DNA of 64,000 nt from Heptranchias perlo (Eukaryota): the NCBI RefSeq assembly GCF_035084215.1, contig NC_090330.1, forward strand, positions 16,616,001 through 16,680,000. The letters run 5' to 3'. Positions within the stretch are counted from its first letter, which is position 1. The number at the start of each line of letters is the position of its first letter. The translations under genes were made by a program, and so were the position numbers. Positions 1 through 13,300 of this stretch are shown one piece after another. A model generated the notes under the pieces. It saw nothing but the letters and a program-made list of their open reading frames with translations, was not told the DNA's origin and searched no databases.

Positions 1-331
1 GAGCTTGGACTCACAAGCACTGGTTTGCTTGCACACACTCTGGGTTAGACACAGCTGGTTCCTAGTTCAACATATAGGGTAAGGGTACTGTAGACCAAGA
101 TTGAAGAGCAGGCTGCTATTGAGCCTCAGATTGAGGTCCGAGTAGGGTGGAGCAGAAAGATGGGTCAAGACAAGGCTGGGCCCCAGGACAATGTGTGGGA
201 GCAGGGGGAAAACCCTTCACTCAAGACCACGTGTTTGAAGGGTTTTAATTTAACAGTATGTAGTTAATATTATTTTAATGTCTCTTAAGTTTATAATAAT
301 GTCACTATTTCAACCAGATTTATATCTTAAC

Positions 332-1078
332 GGCCTCAAATTTGCTGAAGCCGGTCAAGGAATGGCACCAGTCATTAGTTAGACTTGCCCTTGCCCATTT
401 AATTTCCATAAGATTTTGCACTGCAAGTTGCTGGAAACAGTGCGGCGCCCTCTACAGGGCATGCAACTGAGTAGCTCCTTAACCAATCAGATTGAAATAT
501 TGATAAATGAACAGCGCAAGTACTGAACCAGGAAGTGTAAGTTAGAATAGTGAATTCAATGTCAAATCAGGAACAGAAAGAGAAGTAACGTGAGGGAAAG
601 AAAGATTGGATTAAGAGAGAGGAAAAAAAAGAGACAAATTTTTAAAAATGTAATTTAGTTTTTTTTAAATCTCCAACAATTAAAACTTGAAGGAATGAGA
701 CTCCACACTTATAATAGTTAATTTTCAGTGCCAGAGAGGTTCTTTGGCAGTAATTAATACTTGCCACGCCATTAAAAAAGGTACTTAGACCGAAATGGGC
801 AAGCCCTAACTTTCTGTGGCGAATTTAGTTCAAATCTACCGTGCTCAAATCCACCGTGCAAGTACAGGAACTTCATGCCATTCAATGTATTTGAATGGTG
901 AGTCAGTTAGCGAGATGCCGTTTTCACAACACGAATGGCGGAGCGACGCATCTCTGACAGCAACTTCTGGATTTTTGTGTTTAACTGTGCATCTGCCCTC
1001 ACCTAAAGTTGGTGTGCAGTTTGCGCATAAATAACAGTGCATTAGCCTCACTGTTATTTTGACAGCAAATTCTGGGCC
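332..1078. mobile_element. Non-autonomous DNA transposon (MITE) with terminal inverted repeats, probably PIF/Harbinger type
   Basis: Left end GGCCTCAAATTTGCTG vs reverse complement of right end GGCCCAGAATTTGCTG (13/16 identical); non-coding interior. Confidence 0.6.
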
Positions 1079-1169
1079 AATATCATAGTTACTACCCACA
1101 CTCTTTTTTTTGTTTCCTTGCTCACTTATATAAAATCTTCCAGTTATGTATCTCATTTAGCTTCACGCA

Positions 1170-1220
1170 GAAAGGCTGGGATTGTTCTCCTTGGAACAGA
1201 GAAGGTTGAGAGGAGAGATC
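1170..1220 (+). mobile_element. Tiny CR1 LINE fragment (ORF2 C-terminal part)
   Basis: Translates to LGLFSLEQRRLRG, the same motif as the other CR1 copies in the window. Confidence 0.6.
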
Positions 1221-3295
1221 ATTAACCCAGAAAAAGATGATCTCCAGAAACAAAGAGCGCAGGATTGGGCATCAGCCACTGCCAGACTTGGAAGACTATG
1301 TCTCCAAGACACATTGCCTCCCAGCCACTGTGAGCGTATGTGGTGCCCACCTTGCCCCCAGCTGCTCCTTCAAGTAACCCTCGTCATGTGGCAACTCATG
1401 TAATGAGTTTTACATGTAAATCATGCTGCCACTGTTGGGCAGTTCTTTCTGGCATCATCACAAAAAAGCTCACTCACAACTCAAGATGTCTTTGATGTCC
1501 TTGCATTGGATCTCTTCACTTCAAAAGGACCAAATGAAACTTTCCAGGTTATGCTCAAGGTTCACCTCATCTGGATCTCATGAAATAGATGGTCTCTCAG
1601 TAACGTGGAGAAATAAGTTCTTTGCCTCTTATCCTCAAATAGTGACAACGCCTTTATGACATGGGTTAAAGTCTGTTCGAAGGGCTCGTGAAGGTCAGTT
1701 ATTTCCATTTTCCATATGGAGGCAGAAAGGTCTTCAACGGGTGTTAACCCAATGATCAGTGAGTTCATCAGGGGCACTTTACTCCTTCATTACCTTTATT
1801 AAAAGCATCCTTCAGCCATGAATTCTTTTTTTTTAAAATGACATTTTTTGTTCTTGAAAAAACATTTCCTTGGAGACCACCAATTCAGTTGGAAGAGTTT
1901 GGTCTCTTGTCATTGACTCCACCCATTGTGCAAAAATTGTGCTGAAATATAATCCAAAATTTCTTCCTTATTTCACCTGTTATCATTCATCAGGTGTGTG
2001 AGGAGTATATGAATTTTACTTTCAAGGCCCGTAGATGTGTCTGCAGCTACCCTGACTGCACCAGATTGTTTATATTATATACACCTTATCATGACTGTAC
2101 AGAAGCTCTCTGGCTAGTATAATGAATGCATCATCAATTGTCATTCTTTGGCAAACCACTATGCTGTATCCAAATCATAGCTAGAATTGCCTCACCTATT
2201 GCAGTAGGGTTTGCCTTTCCACCTAACAAAATCTGTAGGGCAAAAATAGCTCATCCAGCAACTATAGCTGGATCGCACAGGTGAGACAGTGATTTTTTTT
2301 TAAATTAAGTCTTTGGTGATTTCTATTAATAATTTGTCTTCCTGTAGACTTTTGCCATGTTTACATATGTTTTCTAATAACCACATTTCTTTCTTAACTT
2401 TCATCCTGTTGGGTAGCGCTTTGCCAGTCAACCATCTGTCCGTGTATGGAAATATTACAACACGGTTTGCGATCCAAAGATGGTGACACACGCCAGGAAA
2501 CTGGTAGTACAATAAAAGAATTGCCCGATGGTCAGCAGAAAATGAATTATATGGAAGGAAACACTATCTACCAGACAACCTAGCCCAAGAGTCCTGAAGA
2601 TATTACTAATTTTCAACAGTTCACATACACACAAAACAAACCTGCCTGTACCTATATGGAAGACCAGATTTTGGATGACAGGAGATACAGATTACGGTTT
2701 TCAATCATTTCCCATAAAATATATACAGAAAATTTGATATGAGTGCAGCTGAAAATACACTGTAGTATGGCTCAAATCATATGATTTGATTTTCTGTTGA
2801 AGCCCTATTATGTCAAAGCATATGTAAATTGGAACCACATTCCAAAGTAAGGTTTGTAAACTATACTTGCAGTTGTTGGGACATAATCAAGAGGCTATGA
2901 GGCAGTCAAGAGAGGCAGCTACGATTTTTTTTTGCACCTCAACTTTATTTTAATTCCACTACAATTTATAATAGTGAGAAAGCAAAGTCAGAGCTATACT
3001 TTCTGCCTCCAAATTTGATTGGTATGACCTCACTAAGCAATAAATGGGAGTTGGATCATTCAAATTGTTTTGTTTACTCCCATTTAGTACTACAAAACCA
3101 CATATTAATGATTTGCCTCAGACATACTTGGGCCACTGCTTTCACACAAGTTTAAATTCAATCTAACTTAGACATCATATTTACATTTTTTGCACGTGCA
3201 CAAACAAATGTGGGTTTTTTTGGAGTAGTTACCTTTTTATACTTTAGTTTCCCCCCCCCCCCCCATTACCATTTCCTCCTGTACCATGCACTTTC

Positions 3296-3705
3296 ATAGA
3301 ATCATAGAAGGTTACAGCACGGAAGGAGGCCAGTCGACCCATCAAGTCCACGCCGGCTCTATGCATGAGCAATCCAGATAGTCCCACTGCCCCGCTCTAT
3401 CCCCGTAGCCCTGCACATTTATTCGTTTCAAGTACTTATCCAGTTCCTTTTTGAATCTGCTTCCACCACTCCCTCGGTCAGAGCATTCCAGATCCTAACC
3501 ACTCGCTGTGTAAAAAAGTTTTTCCTCATATCACCTTTGGATCTTTTGCCAATCACCTTAAATCTATGCCCTCTGGTTCTTGACCCTTCCGCCAATGGGA
3601 ACAGTTTCTCTCTATCCACTCTGTCTAGACACTTCATGATTTTGAACACCTCTATTAAGTCTCCACTCAACCTTCTCTGTTCCAAGGAGAACAATCCCAG
3701 CCTTT
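3296..3705 (-). mobile_element. CR1 LINE 3' fragment
   Basis: ORF 3428-3694 FSLEQRRLSGDLIEVFKIMK...FFTQRVVRIWNAL; CATAGAATCATAGAA is the reverse complement of the GATTCTAT tail. Confidence 0.9.
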
Positions 3706-3989
3706 CTGCAGCTAAGTAGGCAATCAGCTGTCAGCAGGAGGCACAGGATAGTTCACTTGGGAAGATCAACCACAGAGACTCACCTGGCCTCCATTCAACA
3801 CCTCTCTGCAACAGTGCAGCTAAGATCAGGACCCAGCGTGGTGGATCTAAAGCCACTTTTATACTAGGGCTCATTTAAATTCTGGGACTATGAAATCCAT
3901 GAGCTGACTCCTGGCGTTTACAATGATACACAAGAAAACTGGTCCAGGATTCTGCCAGATTTATCAGCATAGACAGCTGGCTGACAGCA

Positions 3990-4215
3990 GTCTTTTTTTT
4001 AGGCCCCCTTTTATAAGAAGGGGGCGTTAGGGTGTGCAGTGAATCAATAAAACCAAAATAAGTGTCAAATTATAATTTTATTACATCGATCCAGGATACA
4101 CTCCAGTCCCTGCGGTGCCCACCGGTCGCGGAAAGCCTCAAGCGTACCGGCAGACACCGCATGCTCCCTCTCCAGGGCCACCCGAGTGCAGAGAATGCCG
4201 CAGAAGAGAGGCACT
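3990..4215 (-). mobile_element. Tx1/L1-clade LINE 3' end fragment
   Basis: Peptide RVALEREHAVSAGTLEAFRDRWAPQGLECILD resembles the Tx1-like ORF2 C-terminus, followed by a short 3' UTR and an A-run on the minus strand. Confidence 0.55.
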
Positions 4216-4554
4216 GACAGCAGTCTCATGTAATTAGAACTGAACGAGCACCAGTGCAAGAGCACTTTAAGTTGCAGTTTTAAAATGATCAATGTGACAG
4301 AATGTCAGTGCTGGGGAATGCAACACTTTTCCTTTTGTCCTCATCAAGCACTCCCCGGACAGCTTTCGTGACCAAACAATTACAATGGGATAAAGAGGAT
4401 AAGTACCCACCAAGTCGTTTCAACAGTGGTCCTCACTCATCCTGAACCTCTGAACAGCACTCCCTATTGCACCAACATGATCTTTCTACTGCTGGAGGTT
4501 TTCCCGTAGAAAATGGAAAGCCAAGGAGGCATGGAGAATTGACTGTGAGCCAGC

Positions 4555-5630
4555 ACAGGAACATGAGTAGGCCATTGAGCCCCTCGAGTGCATTCTGCCA
4601 TTCAATGAGATCATGGCTGATCTGAATCCTAACTCTATTTACTCACCTTGGCTCCATGTCCCTTAATACTCTTGGCTAGCAAAAATCTATTTTGATATCA
4701 GGTTTAAAATTATTAATTGAGCTAACATCTACTACTTTTTGTGGGAGTGTTCCACACTTCTACTGCCCTTTGCATGAAGAAGTGTTTCCTAACTTCTCTC
4801 CTGAATGGCCTGGCTTTGAATTTAAGGTTATGTCCCCTTGTCCTAGACTCCCCCACCAGCAGAAAAAGTTCTCTCTATCTCCCCTATCAATTCCTTTCAA
4901 AATCCTGAAAACCTCAATCAAATCGTCCCTTAACCTTCTAAACAAGCCTAGTTTATGTAATCTCTCCCCATAATTTAACCCTTGGAGCCCTGGTAACATT
5001 CTGATAAATCTTAATTGCATTCCTTCCAAGGCCAACATATCCTTTCTAAGATGCAGTGCCCAGAACTGTACACAAGTACTCCAGATATGGTCTAACCAGG
5101 GCTTTGTATAGCAGGAGCAAAATTTCCTCCCTCTAGATATAAAGGCAGACATTCCATTAGTCTTTTTGATTTTTTTTTAACCTGACCACTACATTTTGGT
5201 GATGTGTGTACATGGACCTCTAAATCTCTTTTGGACCTCCACTGTTCCTAGCTTTTCACCATTTAAAAAATATTTGGATCTATGCTTTTTTGGTCCAAAA
5301 TGGATGACTTCACACTTACCTGCATTGCTATCCATCTGCCACAGTTTTGCCCACTCACTTAATCTATCAATGCCCCTTTGTGATTTCATGCTCCCATCTA
5401 CATTACTTACTATGCCACCAATCTTTGTGTCATCGGCAACTTGGATATATGGCTCTCTATTGTGTTATCTAAGTCATTAATAAATATAGTGAATAGTTGA
5501 TCCTTGTGGGACACCACTAGTCACTTCCTTCCAATTCGAGTGCACACCCATTATCCCTACTCTCTGTCTTCTACTGCCTAACTAGGTCAATAATTTGCCT
5601 TCAATTCCATGAGCTTTAATTTTAGCATAG
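4555..5630 (-). mobile_element. CR1 LINE, 5'-truncated and decayed
   Basis: Broken RT and C-terminal ORFs 4760-5152 and 5189-5389 (IDRLSEWAKLWQM, KCEVIHFG, CVQFWA); same family as 16200-20590 and 60775-64000. Confidence 0.9.
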
Positions 5631-6509
5631 GTTGATTCAGAGTTTCAATGGAGGAGAGTAGTGGCCTCGGTGATTTGTAGTGCACACCAGCGGATCAAGT
5701 ATATCGGGGAGATACATCAGCGGGAAGCGTCATTGGAAATAGTGGAGAAGAATCCAGAGCAAGATGGGAACCAGAAGAAACAGATCAGAGCTAGGTCAGC
5801 GTAGAGTAAAAACTTCCCAGCAGAGGAGCAGAAAACTGACAATGCAGCAGCAAGTCAGATATTAGAATCGAAACAACCCAGCAGAGAATACCATCTCTGT
5901 AGAAAACAGCATTGGGGGGGCACTGTAAGGTTCAGAAGCAGCGGAGAAATGGACTTTGGCCCAGGGGAAGGTGGACTTCTGTTCAGGACCCACACAGCAG
6001 CAACATAAAGCTGAGAAACCAGCAGTACAATTAGAAGCTCAGCAGGTAACAGCAGCAGGGAATGGGCTACAGGCTAGAAAAAGTTACCGTAAAACGTGAA
6101 GCAACTGAGAAGCAGATTAGAGTCACAGCAGCCGAGCCTTACAGTGTAGTCCAATAGAGCAGCATAGTTCTGATGGCCGAGAAATCCAGGAGTACGGGAA
6201 ATCAAATTTCAGCAGAGTCCCAGCCGTTGAAAAAAGCAGTGAAAACACAGAACACACAGTCAGGGGGTGGACAATGTGCTCTGCACAGGTGACTTTAAAC
6301 TTGTAGTGTGAACCTGAACTTGTAGTTTGAGCTAATATGCACCCACTATTACAGCCAGAGGAACTTAAGCAGTGGAAGAGAGGAGATTGGGGTAGAAAGC
6401 ACAAAGGATGGCAACGAATGATCAAGGATTGAATTGCAGAGGAGGGGAGGTCAGTAAGCAGTAAGCTGCCATTCCAGAGGCCATCTTGCATATCTTAGCT
6501 CCAATTGAA

Positions 6510-6695
6510 CCAGTGGGTTTTTATGAAAATCCAACAACTTCCCGGTCACTGTTACTAGCTTTTTATTTCCAGATTTTTAAAATCTGTATTCAAATTCTCC
6601 AACTCCCATGGTGAAATTTGAACTCACATTCACTGGATTATTAGTCCAAGCCTCTGGATTACTAATCCAGTAACATGACACTCCGACACTGCCTT
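6510..6695 (-). mobile_element. tRNA-derived SINE 5' part, degenerate
   Basis: On the minus strand: tRNA-like head with GTTCAAAT B-box; similar to 32650-32950. Confidence 0.55.
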
Positions 6696-6990
6696 GGTAT
6701 GCTTACAAAAGTAGGGCATCCAAAACTGCACACAATTTTCTAACTGCAGCCTAAGCAATAACTTCTGTAGGTTTAGCATCACCTTTTTGCTTTTGTACTC
6801 TATACCCCCATTTATAAAACCTAGTATGCTATATCTTACACATTCATTTACATAAAAGGTGCATTTTAATTAAATTAGAAATTCAATTAATGTGGGCAGT
6901 TAATTGGGATCGTCTTTCAAGACATTTTCTTTGAAAGTGGAACATGTTTCCTACCTTCTCACTCCTGGAAACCAACCACAGGAGTAAGCG

Positions 6991-7004
6991 GTTGCTATAG
7001 CAAC
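6991..7004. promoter_or_regulatory. RFX X-box (perfect palindrome GTTGCTATAGCAAC)
   Basis: Matches the X-box consensus GTNRCC/T-N0-3-RGYAAC; lies about 350 bp inside the first intron of the candidate minus-strand gene. Confidence 0.55.
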
Positions 7005-7353
7005 CAGTGGCTTTTATGATTGTTTCAATTGATGCTGTGCAAACTCTTTTGTGAAGGCACTTTTTTTTTTAGTTGGTTCAGATTTACTTGTAAACGGTTT
7101 GTCTCCTTTCTGATACTCGGAGTGGGTCGTTAAAATGAATGATTATCTTTTTTTAAAAAAAAAGTTACTTAAAAAGATGACAGTTACTCTAACAACCGAA
7201 TATAGAAAAAAACTTTAAAGTTTTTTAAAAATATATAGTTTTCAAGATAACTTATTATTTTGTAAAATACGGGTTTTGTTATTTAGGGGTAGGATGTAGT
7301 TAACTATTCACGTGGAATTGAATTCAGATTGCCTTGGTTTTATATCATTTTAC

Positions 7354-7407
7354 CTTGAAGTCAGAGGCAGCCCAACTCCATCGACGCATAGGCAACTCTG
7401 AAGACAT
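7354..7407 (-). CDS. Candidate first coding exon MSSELPMRRWSWAASDFK of a gene continuing leftward out of the window; possibly TSGA10 by synteny only
   Basis: ATG in good context (accagcATG), 18 open codons, phase-0 donor AAG|GTAAAA, unique sequence next to a CpG-containing region with RFX boxes. The peptide itself is not recognised. Confidence 0.4.
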
Positions 7408-8200
7408 GCTGGTGAGAGCGAGCGATGAGACTTTGCCGTGTATTCTCCAGGGTGAGTTTAGTACTGTTTTTTCTTTCCCCCCCCCCACTTTTTTTTTTAA
7501 AAAAATCCCTCGCTATTTCCCAGGGAGCTTTAAAAGCCCCCTTTTTTTTTCAACCTGACACCCAGCTCGCTGCTGTCACACGCACAACAGGCTGCGTCGC
7601 ATTGTGACATCAGGAGCACTGAAGAGAGAAAGGCCCAGGAGCCAAGGAGAGGGACAACAACAACAAAAATAACCAAAGCTCTTTAAACACACACAGCCAG
7701 CAGCTTCACCTGACAGGCCACCGTGGCTAATACCGAGCACTGATATCCACATACACGCATCCTCATTAAACGATCCGTAAAACCGAATAGTAAGACAAAC
7801 CTCTAAAGCTCCTTCACAGGTACAACTTCTCGCTGCTCAGGTAGAGACAACACAAGTTGAGTAAAGGGACAGACGGTCTGGAACCTCACGTCCGCCAATG
7901 GAAATCTTCCTTTCACACAGTGTTGGGGAGGAGGGGGGGGGTGGTGTGTGTAAAAGAACCAATCAAAATATACACTTGCTGCTGTTGCCAAGCCGTTCTA
8001 ACCAATCATAATCCACGAACGGAAATTTTATTCTCTTCGATGGAGGGGGAAGAGAGAGAGGTTTTTTTTTGGGGGGGGGGGGGGTCGTACTTTTAAAACT
8101 TATCCAGCCAATTGCCGGAAGACGAGCTGCGATTTAATTTGCATAATAATTCAAATCCAACAATGCACAACAACCGTTAGCTCCGCCTACTGGGACACCG

Positions 8201-8213
8201 GTTGCCCAGTAAC
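8201..8213. promoter_or_regulatory. RFX X-box GTTGCCCAGTAAC
   Basis: Consensus match within the CpG-containing 7.5-9.05 kb region. Confidence 0.45.
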
Positions 8214-8824
8214 ACCGCGTGCTTAACAACCGAGGGGGTGGGAAACAATATAGGTTAGAGGTCATTCATAGCGTCGCCCCTCGTTACAAGTCGTGCCCTG
8301 GTTCTGCTTTAAATGACCATCATTGATATCTTTTTTTTTTAAAAAAAACGAACTCAGACTTTAAATATTAGCAGTAATTAATTGAAGCATCTCTGCTGGA
8401 AAAACAAACTTTATTAACAATCAACAGCAACATGCATTTATAGAGCGCCTTTAACGTAGTAAAACATCCCAAGGCGCTTCACAGAAGCCATTATGAAATA
8501 CTATCTGAGAGTCAACAACGTATAATAATTCGTATTGGAGCGTTAAAGTAAACGCGCGGGAAATAAATCCACAAATTATAGTGGGCTCAATCTATGAAAT
8601 CAGCAGCACAAATGCAAGGGCTGGGTTGCAATAGCAGCAGAGGAGTGCAATGTAAAATTTATAGCGCTGCGTTTACTAGTGTGGGCCTCCTGTTGCAAAT
8701 TCGCATCATTATCTTTTGTAACTTTCCGTCGAAAAGATTTTTTTTTGCAGAATGCAACTGTTTTATTTTACATCGGCATTTCCTGGATTTTAAAGGGGAG
8801 GTGTGGTGGTGGTGGTGGTGGGAG

Positions 8825-8917
8825 GCGGAAGTCTCGCGAGAGCAGGAGCGCGGCACTTTCAGCACCTGGCGCCAATTTCAAAATTCGGAGAATGCGCGTG
8901 GGTTTCTATCAGTGAGT
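8825..8917 (+). promoter_or_regulatory. CpG-island promoter core: ETS/GABP site, TCTCGCGAGA (CGCG/BANP element) and a candidate first-exon donor
   Basis: GCGGAAGT 8825-8832 overlaps the TCTCGCGAGA palindrome 8832-8841; donor CA|GTGAGT at 8911/8912; locally CpG-rich. Confidence 0.6.
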
Positions 8918-9227
8918 GGAGCGGGCAACAAGAGGCTTCGAAAGGCGTCGCTCCAAAATAAATATTGGGTTTCCTGCCTCACCCTCAACAAAGCCCCTCC
9001 GTCATTGCCGAGTCTTCCCACCCCGTCTCCGGTCCAAGCGGCAGCCAAATAATAAGTCAAATAATAACACTGATACAAGTGTATCACAAACCATAATACA
9101 TTGATGCAAGTGTATCAAATGCTGCAGCTTGTGTAGTTAGAGGAGACTGAATGAAAGGAAATCCACTTTTCTTGCCTCATTCTGTAGGACCAACGTGGGC
9201 CTCAGAGTAAGCTCTTGTACGTTTAGA

Positions 9228-10370
9228 CATAAGAATAAGAACATTAGAAATAGGAGCAGGAGTAGGCCATACGGCCCCTCGAGCCTGCTCCTCCATTCAA
9301 TCAGATCATGGCTGATCTTCAACCTCAACTCCACTTTCCCGCCCGATCTGCAGATCCCTTGATTTCCCCTAGAGTCCAAAAATCTATCTCAGCCTTGAAT
9401 GTACTCAACGACTCAGCATCCACAGCCCTCAGGTACAGAATTCCAAAGATTCACAACTCTATGAGTGAAGAAATTTGTCCTTATCTCAGTCTTAAATAGC
9501 TGACCCCCTTATCCTGCGACTATGCCCCCCAGTTCTAGATTCTACAGCCAGGGAAAACAACCTCTCAGCATCTACCCTGTCAAGCCCCCTCAGAATCTTA
9601 AATATTTCAATGAGATCACCTCTCATTTTTCTGAACTCCAGAGAGTATAAGCCCATTCTACTCAACCTCTCCTCATAGGACAACCCTCTCATCCCAGGAA
9701 TGAATCTAGTGAACCTTTGTTGCACTGCCTCGAAGGCAAGTATATCCTTCCTTAGATGAGACTAAAATTGCATGCAGTACTCCAGGTGAGGTCTCACCAA
9801 AGCCCTGTACAATTGTAGTAAGACTTCCTCACTCTTGTACTCCAATCCCTTTACAATAAAGGACAACGTGCCATTTGCTTTCCTAATTGCCTGCTGTACC
9901 TGCATGCTAACTTTTTGAGTTTCTTGTACCAGGACACCCAAGTCTCTCTGGACACCAACATTTTAATAGTTTCTCACCATTTAAAAAAAAACAATTCTGT
10001 TTTTCTGTTCTTCCCACCAAAGTGAATAACCTCATATTTACCCACATTATACTCCATCTGCCATCTTCTTGCCCACTCACTTAACCTGTCTATATCCCTT
10101 TGCAGACTCTTTGTGCCTTCCTCACAGCTTACTTTCCCACCTAGCTTTGTATCGTCAGCAAACTTGGATACATTACGCTCGGTCCCTTCGTCCAAGTCAT
10201 TAAAATAGATTGTAAATAGCTGAGGCCCAAGCACAGATACTTGTGGCACCCCACTAGTTACAGCCTGCCAACCTGAAAATGATCATTTATCCCTACTCTC
10301 TGTTTTCTGTCCTTTAACCAATCCTCTATCCATGCTAATATGTTACCCCCCAACCTCATGAGCCCTTATC
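9228..10370 (-). mobile_element. CR1 LINE, 5'-truncated
   Basis: ORFs 9974-10249 (SVLGPQLFTIYFNDLD...SKFADDTKLGG) and 9492-9725; TTCTTATG-type tail near 9228. Confidence 0.92.
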
Positions 10371-10559
10371 TTCACACTTATGCTTCACAGTGAGAGAGTA
10401 GGGCACAAGTGCTGTTGGACTTGGTGCCACAAGCAGCCAGGTAATAAATATCTGAGCTCCTTGGTATTATTTACCGCGTAACTTCTGTGATTAACGTGTG
10501 TTTAAAAATTAATTGCCAAAAACATGAACGTCTTAATTTGCAGAAGTTTGGTACCATGG

Positions 10560-11150
10560 GCTGATGCAAGATGAAGGCATCGTGGCTGCTTCTGGGAGAT
10601 CACGAGTCACTTGCATTATTTTCTTCCTTTGGCCCAACACCACCTGTACGTAGAATGGAAGCTGTTCCGATTCACATGTGCTACATGGTTGGTGGCAAGG
10701 GCATTGATGGCTATGTTCATGCCATCGATGAGACTCTGCATTTTAGGGAAACTTGCCACCTGGTAAAAATGCTGCGCCCGCATGCGATTGCCTGCTATCC
10801 ATGGGGGACAATGGCACAAGTGTTGGCCCTGGCAAACAAGACTTCAGTAACCTGCTCTATGCATTGGTGGACTAAAATCTGACCTGTATGACAAATTTCA
10901 CCAGTAGTGGCTTGAAAGGACAATTGGTGTGTGACCTTTCGTCACAGCAGGCAGGCTAGATCTTGTATACAGACCAGGATTCAGTAGATAACAGAAGTAG
11001 GTGATAGCCTCCCTGGTGAAGTGGAAATGGCAAAGGTGGGTCTCTTCAGACATGGCCAAACAGATATGCCTAGGTGTGAGAATATAGTTCCTTGGACAAA
11101 TGTGGGTGGATGCCACAAGTGCAAGCACACCTACCTTTCATCTATCTGCC
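10560..11150 (-). mobile_element. Decayed PIF/Harbinger (HARBI1-like) DDE transposase
   Basis: MSEETHLCHFHFTREAITYFCYLL, FYQVASFPKMQSLIDGMNIAINA...NRNSFHS, then SSHDAFIL: Harbinger GFP..IDCTH...NRKGFHS...GSxHD motifs; frameshifted. Confidence 0.75.
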
Positions 11151-11799
11151 TGAATCCCTCTCGATTCTCCAAATCCATGACAGCCCTTGGTGTAGCCAGT
11201 GAAATGCCCTTGCTGAACAGTGTGGTTTTAGCCAAGGTTGCCTGCTAGCGGCCACAATAAATGCAAGTCCTTCCTTTTCGTTAACAGTGCTGAGGCTGAA
11301 GGTGTATGCAAAATAAGTATTGCAAAAAATCAACAGCAAACAGAAAAAAATGATTGTACAAGCAATCGTGCAAACATGACAGTAGGATTGGCTCTCCTGT
11401 TTTAAGCCCAAGTGCGCATTTGCAGCGCAAAGCAGGAGAAAAAATGGACAGAAACCCATTAGGGGAGATTTTCCTGGATCTACATCCAGAGCAGGTTGGA
11501 GTACATGCTTGTAAAGAAACCCAACCAATTTTCCTTGGATGGAATGCAATTTGTTGCATCTCAAGGTGGTTTTAGTATTTAAATTGCATGCTCAACTCAC
11601 TTGATTAGCTGTGACCAGCTTTCCTAAATTTCTTCTGGTCACAGGCCATATGCAGGCTGACTCCATATAAACTGGATGCTCACTGCTCTTATGTTGCATT
11701 TTAAATGCTGATTGCATTTAAAGTGACAGACCACAAGTTTTGAAACAAGTCATCTATTTGTTCCTGGCCTGTTGTGTTTGGGAAATTAGTTAACTATGG

Positions 11800-13300
11800 A
11801 TGTGCTGTGTGCAGAAGTTTTGAGAAGACCTGAGGAGTTGTTGAAGCCCAACTGTCCTCTTCAGCACAATAAGGGTTCCCTTTGAGATCCTGTTATACCT
11901 GGTCTATTTGGATGAGAAGGAGGAAGATGAACAGGAAGCACTTTTGGATGCCAGGAAGACGAGACCAATTAGAGGAGTGCACCTACCTGCTTTTACCCTG
12001 AGGATGGTAGTCAAGTCAAAAGTGCCTTGACCTTTATCGTCTTAAGGCCTTTCCAGGGGCCACTGGTAATATAAGTAGCATTAGCCAGTCATTGGTGCAT
12101 TAATACTTTCAACAAGTGACTGATTTCATGTTCCAAAGAGCCAACAACTACTTCAAGTTCCCCAGGGAGCAACATGCCTGAGTGTTAAGATTCTTCCGAA
12201 TGGCAGGAGTCCCCAAAGTCCAAGGGTTCATAGCTGGCACCCACTGCAAGGGCTAATACTCCATAAATATGCTGCTTGTCTGTGACTACACTACATTGTG
12301 CAAATCAATGCCAAATTACCAGGAAGTGCTCATGATGCCTTCATTTTACATCAGTCTAATGTACTACTACCCTTTGCTGATCTCCTGAAAATGAACGGCT
12401 GGCTTCTTGGTGGCTTAAAGATAGCCACTACTGCCTTGGCTCGTGACTCTTCTGCGGCATCCCAACACATCAGGCGACCAAGACTTACAAGCCCACCCTA
12501 CAGCATCACCATTCCTCCTCTTTGCAAAATTCTGATCCCAGCTTCTCAAATGGAACTCTGCAAATGCACCAACTACTGTGCCAAAATAATTTGTTTTCTG
12601 AAACGTGAAGTTTCTGTGTACCACATGTCTGTTACCACAATGTGTATCCTTCCATGTGTTGTGTGTTGTGCTCAACTATTCTTGTCCTTCTCAATTCAAT
12701 CCCTGTGGCTGGAGCTTGTGGGATGACTGGCAGCTCTTGGGATCAAGGTGGCTCTCTATTGCTGTCAGCATAGCCCTGATGCATTCCAATGGTGCAGGGT
12801 GAACCTGGCCCTGTCTGCTTTTTGGATCATGAGAAATCATCAGGGTTGGGGTCTGACTGACTGGATGTGTTACCATTGGGAAAGACAGCAACATCATTCC
12901 ATTGGCAGCTCTGGTTGATCCCTGCTGGAAGCCTCTATGCCATTGTTCCTGATGATCAGTGGATGAGCAGACCCTATTGCAGCCAAGATATGGTGGAAGC
13001 TTGTACCAATCTTTTGCCTCATTTTTCCAAGCTTGTCAGCTATCCTGCCCAAATGAGGATGTCACATTGCAGCCAGAGGCTGGCATGAAAGTAGTCTGAG
13101 CATTCAGGAGGGATTCAAATACTGGCATAATGGCCTCTGCTGTGAGGAGCTGCACTGCAGATGGCCCAGGGGCGTCCACTCATTCCAAAGCTGCCTTCAT
13201 GCTTTCATTGTTGTGCATGAGCACCCCACACATGCTGGTTTTGGAATCGTACGCACTGGCTGCCTAGCACCACTGCTTGCGCTGCACAGGCACTGCATAT
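11800..13300 (+). mobile_element. Decayed PIF/Harbinger element (transposase on +)
   Basis: RMAGVPKVQGFIAGTH and QINAKLPGSAHDAFILHQSNV...NGWLLG (12190-12420); many stops; boundaries approximate. Confidence 0.7.

Noticed and set aside
8594-9104. ORFs with poly-W, poly-H and poly-G runs
   Set aside because: Caused by a (GGT)n microsatellite in a GC-rich promoter.
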